Positions 1-9,521 are shown, counted from the first letter of the stretch. The stretch: 64,000 bases of DNA from an uncultured Acidobacteriota bacterium (GCA_963822895.1 CAWGJI010000014.1:51337-115336), one strand, 5' to 3'. The notes: generated by a model not told the origin, from the sequence alone. Translations and numbers: made by a program.

Positions 1-272
1 GTGGCTGATGCGACCAGTGGCAGTGTGATCAATTTCAATGGTGATGATGTGGTGTTGTTGCGTAAGGGGGGAGCGGTTGTCGACGTTTTCGGACAGGTGG
101 GGTTTGATCCTGGTTCGGAATGGGCTGGGGGCGGCCAGAACGACACGTTGCGTCGCAAGGAGACTGTCTGTGCTGGTGACACTGATGAGACCGACGCCTT
201 TGACGCTTCGGTCGAATGGGACATGTTCGCCCAGGACACTTTCGACGGTCTAGGCAGCCACACCGCCAACTG
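1..272 (+). repeat. Intragenic direct repeat, copy A (second half of a lamin-tail domain plus linker).
   Basis: It is about 96% identical at the nucleotide level to 519..790, and the last ~150 nt are identical. Confidence 0.85.
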
Positions 273-2940
273 TGGAAGCACTCCTCCCGAGATTGCTTCT
301 GACCTGTTCTTTTCGGAGTATGTGGAGGGTTCTTCGTTCAATAAGGCGGTGGAGATCTACAACGGGACTGGTGGGCCGGTGGATCTGTCTGCTTACAGCT
401 TGGAGTTGTATTCGAATGGGTCGGCGACACTGAGTCAGTCCACGACTTTGTCTGGTTCTTTGGCCGATGGTGATGTTTATGTGATCGCTCATCCCAGTGC
501 CGATCCGACGATCTTGACGGTGGCTGATGCGATCAGTGGCAGTGTGATCAATTTCAATGGTGATGATGCGGTGGTGTTGCGTAAGGGGGGAGCGGTTGTC
601 GACGCATTCGGACAGGTCGGTACTGATCCTGGTTCGGAATGGGCCGGCGGCGGCCAGAACGACACGTTGCGTCGCAAGGAGACTGTCTGTGCTGGTGACA
701 CTGATGAGACCGACGCCTTTGACGCTTCGGTCGAATGGGACATGTTCGCCCAGGACACTTTCGACGGTCTAGGCAGCCACACCGCCAACTGCACCGGGGG
801 TCCGCCTCCGCCACCGGTGTGTGTCGACTCAACATTTGACCTGATCCACGACATCCAGGGGAATGGGCTCGCATCTCCGATCGCGGGGGACACCGGGTCG
901 GTGGAGGCAGTCGTGACCGGCGACTTCCAAAACAACGCAGGGACGGACAACGGTGACCTGGGTGGGTTCTTCATCCAGGAGGAGGACGGCGACGTCGATG
1001 CCGACCCGACGACATCGGAGGGGATCTTCGTCTTCTCCTCCTCACCCGATGTTCAGGTCGGAGACAAGGTCCAGGTCGAGGGCGTGGTCAACGAATTCTT
1101 CGATCTAACTGAGATCAGCCCTGCTTCGAGTGTGATCGTCTGCTCTTCGGGCAACCCACTACCGACGCCCGCCAGCGTCACCCTCCCGGTGACCAGTCTC
1201 GACGATCTGGAGGCTTTCGAGGGAATGGGGGTGGTGCTACCTCAGAACCTGACCATCTCCGAATACTTCAACTTCGACCGATTTGGTGAAATCGTCCTCA
1301 GCACCGACCGTCAGGTCACACCCACTGCCCTGGTCGACCCTGGTCCGGACGCGGTGAGCCTGGCAGAGCAGTATTCGCGAAGCCGGATCACGCTCGATGA
1401 CGGTCGTTCCAGCCAGAATCCTGATCCGGCCATCCATCCGAACGGTGGCATCTTCGATCTTGCCAATCTATTCCGGGGCGGAGACCGGGTGGCCAATGTC
1501 ACAGGGGTCATGGACTATCAATTCGGGCTGTATCGAATCCAGCCAACCGAGGGGGCCGATTACGCCGCGAGCAACCCGCGGCCCACCAGCCCGGCCGACG
1601 TCGGGGGCAACTTGAAAGTGGCTTCGTTCAACGTCCTCAACTACTTCACCACCCTGGACAATGCGGGACCGATCTGCGGGCCGGCCGCCGACCAGGACTG
1701 CCGGGGAGCCGATAACGCAACGGAGCTCACCCGTCAGAGAGACAAGATCGTTGCTGCTATCTCGGAGATCAATGCGGACGTGGTCGGGCTGATCGAGATC
1801 GAGAACCACCCAGCCGACGTGCCCACTGCCGACCTGGTTACCGGGCTAAACGCTGCCCTCGGCGCCGGAACTTATGACTACATAGCTACCGGGGCCATCG
1901 GCACCGATGCCATCAGGGTGGCGATGATCTACAAACCGGCTTCGGTCACCCCTGTAGGTCCCTATGCGATTCTCGATTCGTCAGTCGACAGCCGGTTCCT
2001 CGATGACTACAACCGGCCGGTCCTGGCACAGACCTTCCAGGACAACGAGACGGGCGGCGTCTTCACTCTGGCGGTCAATCACCTCAAGTCCAAAGGGTCC
2101 GACTGCAACGCGGTAGGTGACCCCGACCTGGGCGACGGAGCCGGCAACTGCAATCTGACCCGAACCGCCGCCGCGCAGGCGCTGGTCGATTGGTTGGCCA
2201 CCGACCCCACCGGGAGTAGCGACTCGGACTTCTTGATCATGGGAGACCTCAACTCCTACGACAAGGAGGCTCCGATCGATGCGATCCTGGCCGGTGCCGA
2301 TGATGCGGCCGGAGGGGGTGACGACTACACGGATCTGATCCACGCCTACCTCGGGGAGAACGCCTACTCATATGTGTTCGACGGACAGGTCGGCTATCTC
2401 GATCACGCCCTCGCCGGCTCGGACCTTGTTGGCGAAGTGACCGGGACCACGGTGTGGCATATCAACGCCGACGAGCCGGATCTCATCGACTATGACACAT
2501 CGTTCAAACAGCCGGCACAGGATGCCCTATATGCCCCGGACCCATATCGTGCATCCGACCACGATCCTGTGATCGTCGGGCTGGGAGTTTGTGACGAGAT
2601 CGCCCCAACCATCGAGGTGAGTGTGACTCCGGACAGACTCTGGCCGGCAAACCACAAGTACGTGGATGTGACCGTCAGCGTGACGGCGTCGGACAATTTC
2701 GACTCGACGCCGACTGTGTCCTTGGTGTCTGTGGCGTCAAATGAGCCGGACAACGGGAGCGACGATGGCAACACCGTCAACGACATCGTCAAGGTCAACG
2801 ACTACCAGTTCAAGTTACGAGCGGAACGCTCAGGATCCGGCAGCGGCCGTGTTTACACGATCACCTACAAGGTCGTAGATGATTGCGGCAACAGCACGAT
2901 CGGCACAGCAACCGTGACGGTGCCATTGAACAACCACTGA
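1..2940 (+). CDS. ExeM/NucH-family extracellular endonuclease. The 5' end lies outside the window; it has tandem lamin-tail domains and an endonuclease/exonuclease/phosphatase (EEP) domain.
   Basis: The lamin-tail motif 'SGSVINFNGDD..LRKGGAVVD.FGQVG..SEWAGGGQNDTLRRK' occurs twice. The EEP hallmarks 'LKVASFNVLNYF', 'GLIEIEN' and a C-terminal 'SDHDPVIVGL' are present. The ORF is open at position 1. Confidence 0.8.
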   Translation: MADATSGSVINFNGDDVVLLRKGGAVVDVFGQVGFDPGSEWAGGGQNDTLRRKETVCAGDTDETDAFDASVEWDMFAQDTFDGLGSHTANCGSTPPEIASDLFFSEYVEGSSFNKAVEIYNGTGGPVDLSAYSLELYSNGSATLSQSTTLSGSLADGDVYVIAHPSADPTILTVADAISGSVINFNGDDAVVLRKGGAVVDAFGQVGTDPGSEWAGGGQNDTLRRKETVCAGDTDETDAFDASVEWDMFAQDTFDGLGSHTANCTGGPPPPPVCVDSTFDLIHDIQGNGLASPIAGDTGSVEAVVTGDFQNNAGTDNGDLGGFFIQEEDGDVDADPTTSEGIFVFSSSPDVQVGDKVQVEGVVNEFFDLTEISPASSVIVCSSGNPLPTPASVTLPVTSLDDLEAFEGMGVVLPQNLTISEYFNFDRFGEIVLSTDRQVTPTALVDPGPDAVSLAEQYSRSRITLDDGRSSQNPDPAIHPNGGIFDLANLFRGGDRVANVTGVMDYQFGLYRIQPTEGADYAASNPRPTSPADVGGNLKVASFNVLNYFTTLDNAGPICGPAADQDCRGADNATELTRQRDKIVAAISEINADVVGLIEIENHPADVPTADLVTGLNAALGAGTYDYIATGAIGTDAIRVAMIYKPASVTPVGPYAILDSSVDSRFLDDYNRPVLAQTFQDNETGGVFTLAVNHLKSKGSDCNAVGDPDLGDGAGNCNLTRTAAAQALVDWLATDPTGSSDSDFLIMGDLNSYDKEAPIDAILAGADDAAGGGDDYTDLIHAYLGENAYSYVFDGQVGYLDHALAGSDLVGEVTGTTVWHINADEPDLIDYDTSFKQPAQDALYAPDPYRASDHDPVIVGLGVCDEIAPTIEVSVTPDRLWPANHKYVDVTVSVTASDNFDSTPTVSLVSVASNEPDNGSDDGNTVNDIVKVNDYQFKLRAERSGSGSGRVYTITYKVVDDCGNSTIGTATVTVPLNNH
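519..790 (+). repeat. Intragenic direct repeat, copy B.
   Basis: It is near-identical to 1..272. The track ORFs 38..253 and 557..772 are identical 71-aa artefacts of this repeat. Confidence 0.85.
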
Positions 2941-3053
2941 GCCGAATTCTTCATCGATCGCTGGACTGATTCCAGGGTTCTTCCCCCGTATGTTCGTAAA
3001 GGGGCGGATTCAGGTATCCAAGGCGTCCAATTTCATGGGCGGACGAGCCACTC

Positions 3054-4283
3054 TCAGTTGCTTGGTTGGGGTGAGCATGGGTCAGAGCCTCGAGACAGCC
3101 CCACGACGTCGGGCAGCCAAAACGACACGGTGCCCCCAGGTCCCGGCTCGGCCTGGATGTCTCCTTTGAGTGCCTGGACGTAGCTGCGGGCGATTGCCAG
3201 GCCCAGGCCGGCGCCGCCTCCGCTGCGCCCTCGGCTCGTGTCGTCCCGGGTGAACCGGTCGAACGCCGTGCCCAGGAATTTCGGGGAGAATCCGGGACCC
3301 TCGTCGGCCACCGTGCAACTGGCTCGCGTTCCGTTGCTGACAGCTATCACGACGGTGCCACCGGCCGGGGAGTGCCTGATCGCATTGTCGAGCAGGTTGC
3401 GGACAACCCGCGCTACCGCTTCGGGTGCGCCGGTGGCCAGCACGCGGGATTCGGCATCGAGTTGCACCGACACGTCCCGGGCGGATGCAATGGGGCGAAA
3501 GACCTCGATTGCCTCGTCGACTATCTCGGTGAGGTCGATCGTCTCAGTCGGGAGTGTCAGGTCACCGGAGTCGAGGCGGGCCATCAGGAAGATGTCGTCT
3601 ACCAGACGCCCCAGGGCGTCGACGTCGGCCCCGATCGACTCGAGGTATCGATCAGGGTCAGCCGCCAACCCGTCCTGGAGCGCCTCGATGCCCGCTCGCA
3701 TCGATGCGAGGGGTGTGCGCAGGTCGTGTCCGATGGCGGCGAATAGTGATCGGCGTGCCCGCTCCTCACGAGCCCTTGTTTCCTCGGCTTCCTCCAAGAT
3801 GTTCGCCATCGCATCGACGTTCTGTGCCAGGCGGCCGGCCTCGTCGAGCCGATGGACGCCGGTCCTGGCGCGGAGATCGCCTTCTGCGATAGCCGAGGAG
3901 GTTGTTCCGACGCGGACGAGATCCTCGGTGAGAGGGCCGCTGATGGTCAGACCGAAGGCCAGTGATGCCGCGATACCAAACCCCATCAGAACCCAGAGGA
4001 GGTTGAGGTCGTGAGACGAGATGAACATCTGACTGCCGGCCACCACCAAGGCCAGCATCAGGATGAGCATCGATGTCGCACCGACGACCACCACCGTGAC
4101 CTTGAGAGAGCGTGAGCGTCGTGCGAGGCGGGGTAGCAAGGAGGCGGCGAGAAGGATGCCGGCGGACACAAGCCCAAACAGGACAAGAGCCCCAAGCCGC
4201 TCCTCGTTGCTCGGCCGCATGATCAACTCGAAAATGCCCATGCCCAGGGCGACGAGCACCACGGCTGTGGCCGCCAGCCTCAT
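3054..4283 (-). CDS. Two-component sensor histidine kinase (HAMP, HisKA, HATPase_c).
   Basis: The H-box 'AAIGHDLRTPL' and the G-boxes 'ADEGPGF' and 'GGAGLGLAIA' are present, with two N-terminal TM helices. The start 'MRLAATAV' overlaps the response-regulator stop in an ATGA at ~4280-4283. Confidence 0.85.
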   Translation of the reverse strand: MRLAATAVVLVALGMGIFELIMRPSNEERLGALVLFGLVSAGILLAASLLPRLARRSRSLKVTVVVVGATSMLILMLALVVAGSQMFISSHDLNLLWVLMGFGIAASLAFGLTISGPLTEDLVRVGTTSSAIAEGDLRARTGVHRLDEAGRLAQNVDAMANILEEAEETRAREERARRSLFAAIGHDLRTPLASMRAGIEALQDGLAADPDRYLESIGADVDALGRLVDDIFLMARLDSGDLTLPTETIDLTEIVDEAIEVFRPIASARDVSVQLDAESRVLATGAPEAVARVVRNLLDNAIRHSPAGGTVVIAVSNGTRASCTVADEGPGFSPKFLGTAFDRFTRDDTSRGRSGGGAGLGLAIARSYVQALKGDIQAEPGPGGTVSFWLPDVVGLSRGSDPCSPQPSN

Positions 4284-5032
4284 GGTTCGAAGCGGTAGCC
4301 GACGCCCCACACCGTCACCAGTCGTCTTGGCTGTCTCGGATCGTCTTCGATCTTCTGTCGGACTCGTCGAACGTGGACTGTCACCGTCGACGGGTCCTGC
4401 CATTCGTTGTCCGACTCCCACACGTGGGCCAGGATTTGGCCTCGCGAAAACACCTGGCGTGGCGACGAAGCCAGGAAGAGTAGGAGCTCGAACTCCTTTG
4501 GAGTCATATCGACCGTCCGGCCGTGCACGCGGATCTCGTGTGACGTGGGATCGATCATCAAGTCCTCGAACTCGAGTGGGGACCCTGTCCTCCGCGGTCT
4601 GTCGACTCGTTTGAGGATGGCGCGCACCCGGGTTGCCAACTCGCGTGGAGAGAACGGCTTGACCACGTAGTCGTCTGCTCCCATCTCCAGCCCGAGCACC
4701 CGGTCGGATTCGTCGCCGCGGGCACTGAGAAGGATTACAGGGGTGTCCGCTCGATCACGAACCTTGCTGAGAACGGACAGACCGTCACTTTCAGGGAGCA
4801 TCACGTCGAGGACTATGAGGTCCGGGCTGGTCTCGGTGACCTGCAACAGGGCGGCCGTGCCATCGGCAGCCTCGGTCACTACGAACCCGTCCCGACTCAG
4901 ATAGGCGGCGACCACCTCTCGGACCACCGGCTCGTCATCGACTACCAGCACTCTGCGCCCGGTGTATTCGCTCAGCGACATGTCACGTTTCCGAGCCTGG
5001 CGACCACGGATGGCCGAATTGGGCGTGTCCAT
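4280..5032 (-). CDS. OmpR-family response regulator.
   Basis: The receiver motif 'RVLVVDDEP' and the winged-helix C-terminus 'LVTVWGVGYRF' are present. An alternative start at 'MSLSEYTGRR' is near 4981. Confidence 0.85.
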   Translation of the reverse strand: MDTPNSAIRGRQARKRDMSLSEYTGRRVLVVDDEPVVREVVAAYLSRDGFVVTEAADGTAALLQVTETSPDLIVLDVMLPESDGLSVLSKVRDRADTPVILLSARGDESDRVLGLEMGADDYVVKPFSPRELATRVRAILKRVDRPRRTGSPLEFEDLMIDPTSHEIRVHGRTVDMTPKEFELLLFLASSPRQVFSRGQILAHVWESDNEWQDPSTVTVHVRRVRQKIEDDPRQPRRLVTVWGVGYRFEP

Positions 5033-5157
5033 GGTCCCCAGGTTGGGCGATGAGCCGTAAAGCCGATGTCAACCACTCTTGTCGTGATTCACGTGCCGCA
5101 CGCCATCTGGGGGGAGGAATCAGACGACTCCTTCCCCCAGCGGCGAATCGGTGTCGG

Positions 5158-6264
5158 TTACTTCCCGACAGCCAGACCCTGGGCGTAGCCTGCCAGTCCG
5201 CCCGATGCGAGACCGAGGTCGGTGAGACTGCCGTCATGGCCGACGCGGTACATCTGGATCCCGCCGTCACCGGGATTCAGCGCATAGAGGAACCGGCCAT
5301 CTCTGGTGACCCCCGCATCCAGCGTCGCCGCACCCGTGGCCGCCGTGGCGTCGAGGAGGGTCACAGCACCCTTCCTGTTGTAGCCGTACGACGAGAGGGA
5401 TGGGCTCCCCGGGTTGGTGGTGAAGGCAAGCCCGCGGCCGTCGCTGGCTATCCAGCATGCTGCCGCCTGACCGCTGACGACCGAGCCGCTGATCAGCTGG
5501 AGGGCACCGTCCTTCTTGACGCGATACGAGGACACCGCCCCGTTGCCACCGTTCACCTCGACCACCAGGATTCGGCCCGACTTTTCGGTAGTGAACCCGA
5601 ACGGGGTGGTCCCACTGGAGGGGGTGGTGACCGGATCAGCCGAAGGGATTCCCCACCGTGACAATCGGTAGACAAGAAGCTCGCTGTCGGCCTTGTCGGT
5701 GATGATCACATGGCTTGCGGAGTTGTCGAATCCCACCTGGCCGAAGTCGCCGGCTCCCAGGCTGCGGGTCGAATGCGGGATGGGCGTCAGATGTCCACCG
5801 CGCAGGACGAAGCCAATGATATTGGCCGGCGCTCCGTTGTTGAGCACGTAGACACGGTTGGAGGCGATGGCGACGCTCACCGGATTGGTCCCGCCAGACT
5901 CGACCGTGTCGGTCAGCTTCAATCCGCCGGCCCCTATCCGGAACACGCTGATGTCATTGCTCCCGGCGTTGACCGCCAGCAGCCACTTCCCGTTCCGGGA
6001 CACGACCAGCGAGTTCTGCGAGGCGAGGGGATCGGTACCACCACCGGAGCCGTTTCCACCCGTGGCGACGGTTTCGGCCAAGGTCAACGTGCCGTCGGCC
6101 GCCCGGTCGAAGACAGCCACCTCGTTCCCGGATGGGTCGTTGGTCATGGTGTAGACCTCACCGACATGTCCGTGGGAGGTACTTGCCAACGCGGCCGGTC
6201 CGACGACGGCGATGTTGGCCACCAAGAACAGCAGAGGGACAACGAAACGTACGAATTTCTTCAT
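5158..6264 (-). CDS. Secreted 7-bladed beta-propeller lactonase-family protein.
   Basis: A signal peptide 'MKKFVRFVVPLLFLVANIAVVGPAALA' is followed by repeated GS/NG-rich blades such as 'YVLNNGAPANI'. An RBS-like 'AAGGAAG' lies upstream of the ATG at 6264. Confidence 0.6.
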   Translation of the reverse strand: MKKFVRFVVPLLFLVANIAVVGPAALASTSHGHVGEVYTMTNDPSGNEVAVFDRAADGTLTLAETVATGGNGSGGGTDPLASQNSLVVSRNGKWLLAVNAGSNDISVFRIGAGGLKLTDTVESGGTNPVSVAIASNRVYVLNNGAPANIIGFVLRGGHLTPIPHSTRSLGAGDFGQVGFDNSASHVIITDKADSELLVYRLSRWGIPSADPVTTPSSGTTPFGFTTEKSGRILVVEVNGGNGAVSSYRVKKDGALQLISGSVVSGQAAACWIASDGRGLAFTTNPGSPSLSSYGYNRKGAVTLLDATAATGAATLDAGVTRDGRFLYALNPGDGGIQMYRVGHDGSLTDLGLASGGLAGYAQGLAVGK

Positions 6265-6860
6265 GGATAGCTTCCTTTCCGAGACCTTCCTGTGCTCGAG
6301 CAGTGACCGTCGACCCATCTTGCACGCCTTTCTCTCGAGGTCGGCGAATCCGTGTACCGCCATCTCGATAGGCCTCGACGCGGCACCACCGGAGAACGTA
6401 TGGACCGTTTCTTACAGAGCTATGGACAGGATCTGGCCAATTCCGAAACATTGCGAGTTCGAGCGACTTTGCCGTTATCGAGTGCCCTCACAGGCGCGGA
6501 ATGCATGGCCCTGTTTGGGGACGTGATTCGGAGTTTCGCTCTCCGTGCTCCAGTCACATCAGCTCGGCGCCTGTGCGGAGTCGGCCCACGAGCCGAATGT
6601 GAACGCAGTCCTAAATGGCCGTCGGTCATCTTCGCTAGAGCTGAACGAAGGAGGGGTTCGGGTCCGAGCGTCTTGGGTAGTAAACCGCGTCGCTCCTGAT
6701 AGACCGAAGACGGCTGACCGCGGCATTAGCGGGGGAGCGGTGGGTGAGTCGACGCGACCGGTCCAGACGTCTGGGTGGGGCGGGATTAGTGCGCTCGGGT
6801 TTGTCGGTTATCGAGTGGGGTTGGGTGTGGTAGTCGACATCCCCCGACGTTGTAGGTCGG

Positions 6861-7109
6861 CTAGAGACCTGGACCGAGACCCATACCGGGGACCAGATAC
6901 GACAACACAAGGGCGGCTTGGAAAAGGCCCGCTTCGACGGATTGGAGGTCATATCCCGATTCGAAGGGCGTCGCCAACTGATTGAAAACACCCTCTATCT
7001 GTCCCGGGGTACATGAGACCGTCGCCATTGCGAGGGTCACAATTACAGCAATTGTCGCTTTGCGCATCCGGAACTTGCCTATCTGGTTTGGCTTCTCACC
7101 TTTGTTCAC
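6861..7109 (-). CDS. Small putative lipoprotein.
   Basis: 'MRKATIAVIVTLAMATVSC' is a signal peptide with a lipobox. Its start overlaps the stop of the upstream gene. Confidence 0.3.
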   Translation of the reverse strand: MNKGEKPNQIGKFRMRKATIAVIVTLAMATVSCTPGQIEGVFNQLATPFESGYDLQSVEAGLFQAALVLSYLVPGMGLGPGL

Positions 7110-7840
7110 TGGTTAGACCCCTTGACTTCACCCGTGATGACGCCACCATCGCCCGAGATTACAAGGCAAATCCCTTGACGGATCCCCGTTGCCCACGTCT
7201 CAGCCGTCGGAACGATCCAGCTGAAATCGTACGAGGACTGGTCCGGAGATATACCGACGTATCCCTCAAAGGCGTCGCGGCAAGTGCTGGCGGCGTTGTC
7301 GGCCAGGTACTGATCCCCGGGGAACGGCCCATCGTTGAATGCTGCTGAGTAGGTAACTTCTGCCTGGCGAGGGCCATCACATGAAACCTCGGACCAAGAC
7401 GTGAGCACACCGTTGTCGCCTTCCAGGTCGATACAAGGTCCGGGGGGTGCATCGGAGAACGCGGTCAAGCCCCCGGTGGCCTCCTCGACTTGAGGCAGGA
7501 CCTTGTTACTGATGAACCGCCAGGCGAGGAATCCACCAACTCCGAGGACGACCACTATCAGAGCGCCGACTATCAGGCCACCAGTGAGACACCCGGATTT
7601 CTTCGACTGAACCGGCTGACCCTGGACCACGGGTGGGGTCGCAGCTGCGGATGGCGGTGCCGCCGGAGGCGTCCCTTGACCAGGGAGGACAGGCGGGGTT
7701 GCCATACGCGGAGCCTGACCAGGAACGATAGGGGGAGTAGCAGGCGCCTTTTGATCCACGTCGGGCAGCTTCGTTCCACAGTGCTGGCAAAAGGATCCAG
7801 CTCCAGCCTCACGCCCACACGACTCGCATATCCGTTCCAA
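7106..7840 (-). CDS. Zinc-ribbon / septum-formation-family membrane protein.
   Basis: An N-terminal 'CxxC..CxxC' zinc ribbon is followed by a Pro-rich linker, one TM helix and a C-terminal Cys-containing domain ('PGPCIDLEG...SCDG...STCRDAFEGY...GICLV'). Confidence 0.55.
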   Translation of the reverse strand: MERICESCGREAGAGSFCQHCGTKLPDVDQKAPATPPIVPGQAPRMATPPVLPGQGTPPAAPPSAAATPPVVQGQPVQSKKSGCLTGGLIVGALIVVVLGVGGFLAWRFISNKVLPQVEEATGGLTAFSDAPPGPCIDLEGDNGVLTSWSEVSCDGPRQAEVTYSAAFNDGPFPGDQYLADNAASTCRDAFEGYVGISPDQSSYDFSWIVPTAETWATGIRQGICLVISGDGGVITGEVKGSNQ

Positions 7841-8057
7841 CGAGTCGAGCCTACCCAGCTCGCGTCGAGCGACGCCCGGGATCGAGTGGGAGAGAGGTGT
7901 CGCGAGTCATGTAATTCAGTCGGACTCCAGAACCTTGATGGCGTCCTCGTACATCCCGCCTCCGAACGAAGATCCTCGTCTGCGCTTCATCTCGGCCCAG
8001 ATGGATGCGTCCTGCTCGGTGCGAATTCCATTCAACACGTTGTTGAAGAAGTAGCTC

Positions 8058-8675
8058 TCATGTCCTCGCTCGCACCAAGCTGCCAGCTATCACGGCGGAG
8101 TCGACGAACCCTTCGACTGGCTTGTTGGCCGTAGCCAGGATCACATCACACTCGACCGGCTCGGAGGTCTCCACGTCTGCCGGCCAGGGAATCTGAAGTA
8201 GCCCATTTCTCGTGACGGGTGGGAATGGCTCGGCGCGATTCGTGAAGTTCGCAGCCCACTCCCTGGCTAGGTGTCCCAACGAGTCACGGCTTCGAATCAG
8301 GACGCCAACACACCCCCAACTTGACCCGAGTGCATTTGCGCCGGTGTTTCGGTCTTCCGCTGCCCACAGCGCTTCGGCTTCTCGGACCAGGTCTTGGACA
8401 TCCTCTATTTGGCGAGCGAGAGGTACGAGGGCCCCAACTCCGGTCGCCCCGTCCGCGTCGAGAGTCATGGTGTATGTGTTGTTGCGGCTCTCTGATATGC
8501 GTCCGTAGCGAATTGGAGCTCTGACTGGACGTGCTCTCTGGGAGTCCAAATGAGCATTTCGCCACTCTCCACGGCGGTCATTGTCCCAGATGAGCGAACC
8601 CACGATGAGGACGGCCCCGTCGAGGGTCTGTCTTGGCCCACTCATCGGTGGCATTCTGGCAAGCCGAGGAGCCAC
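8058..8675 (-). CDS. Hypothetical protein, possibly extended or frameshifted at its C-terminus.
   Basis: This 205-aa ORF has a GTG start and no domain I recognise. It is divergent from the redoxin gene. Confidence 0.3.
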   Translation of the reverse strand: MAPRLARMPPMSGPRQTLDGAVLIVGSLIWDNDRRGEWRNAHLDSQRARPVRAPIRYGRISESRNNTYTMTLDADGATGVGALVPLARQIEDVQDLVREAEALWAAEDRNTGANALGSSWGCVGVLIRSRDSLGHLAREWAANFTNRAEPFPPVTRNGLLQIPWPADVETSEPVECDVILATANKPVEGFVDSAVIAGSLVRART

Positions 8676-8688
8676 AGGTCTTCAGTCG

Positions 8689-9270
8689 ATGAGGCCGTCG
8701 TTGCAATGGCAGGAATTCTGGTCATCGGCTGTATGCGTCGCACACGAGACGGGCGAGGGAACGCGTGGCTCTACGCTTTCGGAATGGTCCGAACATCTTG
8801 TAACCGGTGATCGCCTGCCTTCGCTTTACGGAACCGACATGGAGGGCAACGAAGTCGACATCACGGCTTCGGTAGCTGGAAGGTGGGCGGTCGTCCTGTT
8901 CTATCGAGGGGATTGGTGACCGTACTGCCGTCAACAGTTGGTTGACTTTGCGGTTCACGGTGGCCCGCTGAAGGAACTCGGTGTGCGGGTTGCAGCAGCA
9001 TCGGTCGATCCCATCGACAACGTGCGCAGCTTGAAAGAAGGCCTGCGTGTCGGCTTCCCGATGTATGCCGAGGTCGATGCGGCCGCAGTGTCTGCGGCCA
9101 CGGGGGCCCACATGCTCACCGGCAAGAAGACGTACCTCCACGCAACAGGGTTCCTCGTCAACCCCGAGGGGACGATCATCAATGCGGTCTACTCCACGGG
9201 CCCCATCGGCCGGTTCACGGCATCGGAGATCCTCCGCAAGGTCCGCTTCGAGATGGACAAGACGAGCTAG
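8689..9270 (+). CDS. PRX-like2 / AhpC-TSA-family redoxin with an in-frame TGA at the first Cys of CxxC. It is a candidate selenoprotein, or alternatively a nonsense pseudogene.
   Basis: Track ORFs 8581..8919 and 8938..9270 are in the same frame and separated only by TGA 8917-8919. Reading through gives 'VVLFYRGDW-U-PYCRQQL', the PRX_like2 'FYRG.WCP.C' active site. The start codon is uncertain: ATG ~8689 or earlier. Confidence 0.5.
8930..8946 (+). other. Hairpin 10 nt 3' of the in-frame UGA, a possible bacterial SECIS-like element.
   Basis: 'GTCAAC-AGTTG-GTTGAC' forms a perfect 6-bp stem with a 5-nt loop. Flanking 'CCG...CGG' could extend the stem. Confidence 0.3.
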
Positions 9271-9521
9271 AACAGCACCAGGCCCACGCCTCGCAGTACC
9301 GGCGGCCTGCATGGGCTCTCTCGACTTGTTCTTGGTCGGGGTGCTTGATCCTCGTTTGACCCCGGCTGTCCGACCCCCGAAATCCTCAACAGCCACAGGC
9401 GTCTTCTCTCAATCCGCACCTCTTCCGGGTCGCGTCCAATAGGCACTGGACTTTCATTACGGCTGGATCTGGTGGAGCGGACGACGGGTTTCGTACATCT
9501 CCAGGACCTAGCCTCGGGATC

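Noticed and set aside
38-772. Two identical 71-aa ORFs (38..253 and 557..772) in the +2 frame of the nuclease gene.
   Set aside because: They are by-products of the intragenic direct repeat, out of frame with the well-supported nuclease ORF.
2941-3053. Short inverted repeat CTGGA-ctgat-TCCAG after the nuclease stop as an intrinsic terminator.
   Set aside because: It is only a 5-bp stem with a weak T-tract, too weak to call with confidence.
3238-4014. 258-aa ORF antisense to the histidine kinase.
   Set aside because: It is Ser/Arg/Ala-rich low-complexity translation typical of antisense frames in high-GC DNA, and the kinase ORF carries clear motifs.
6640-6670. 'GGGTTCGGGTCC' resembling a tRNA T-loop.
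   Set aside because: No acceptor, D or anticodon arms can be formed around it. No tRNA was found anywhere in the window.
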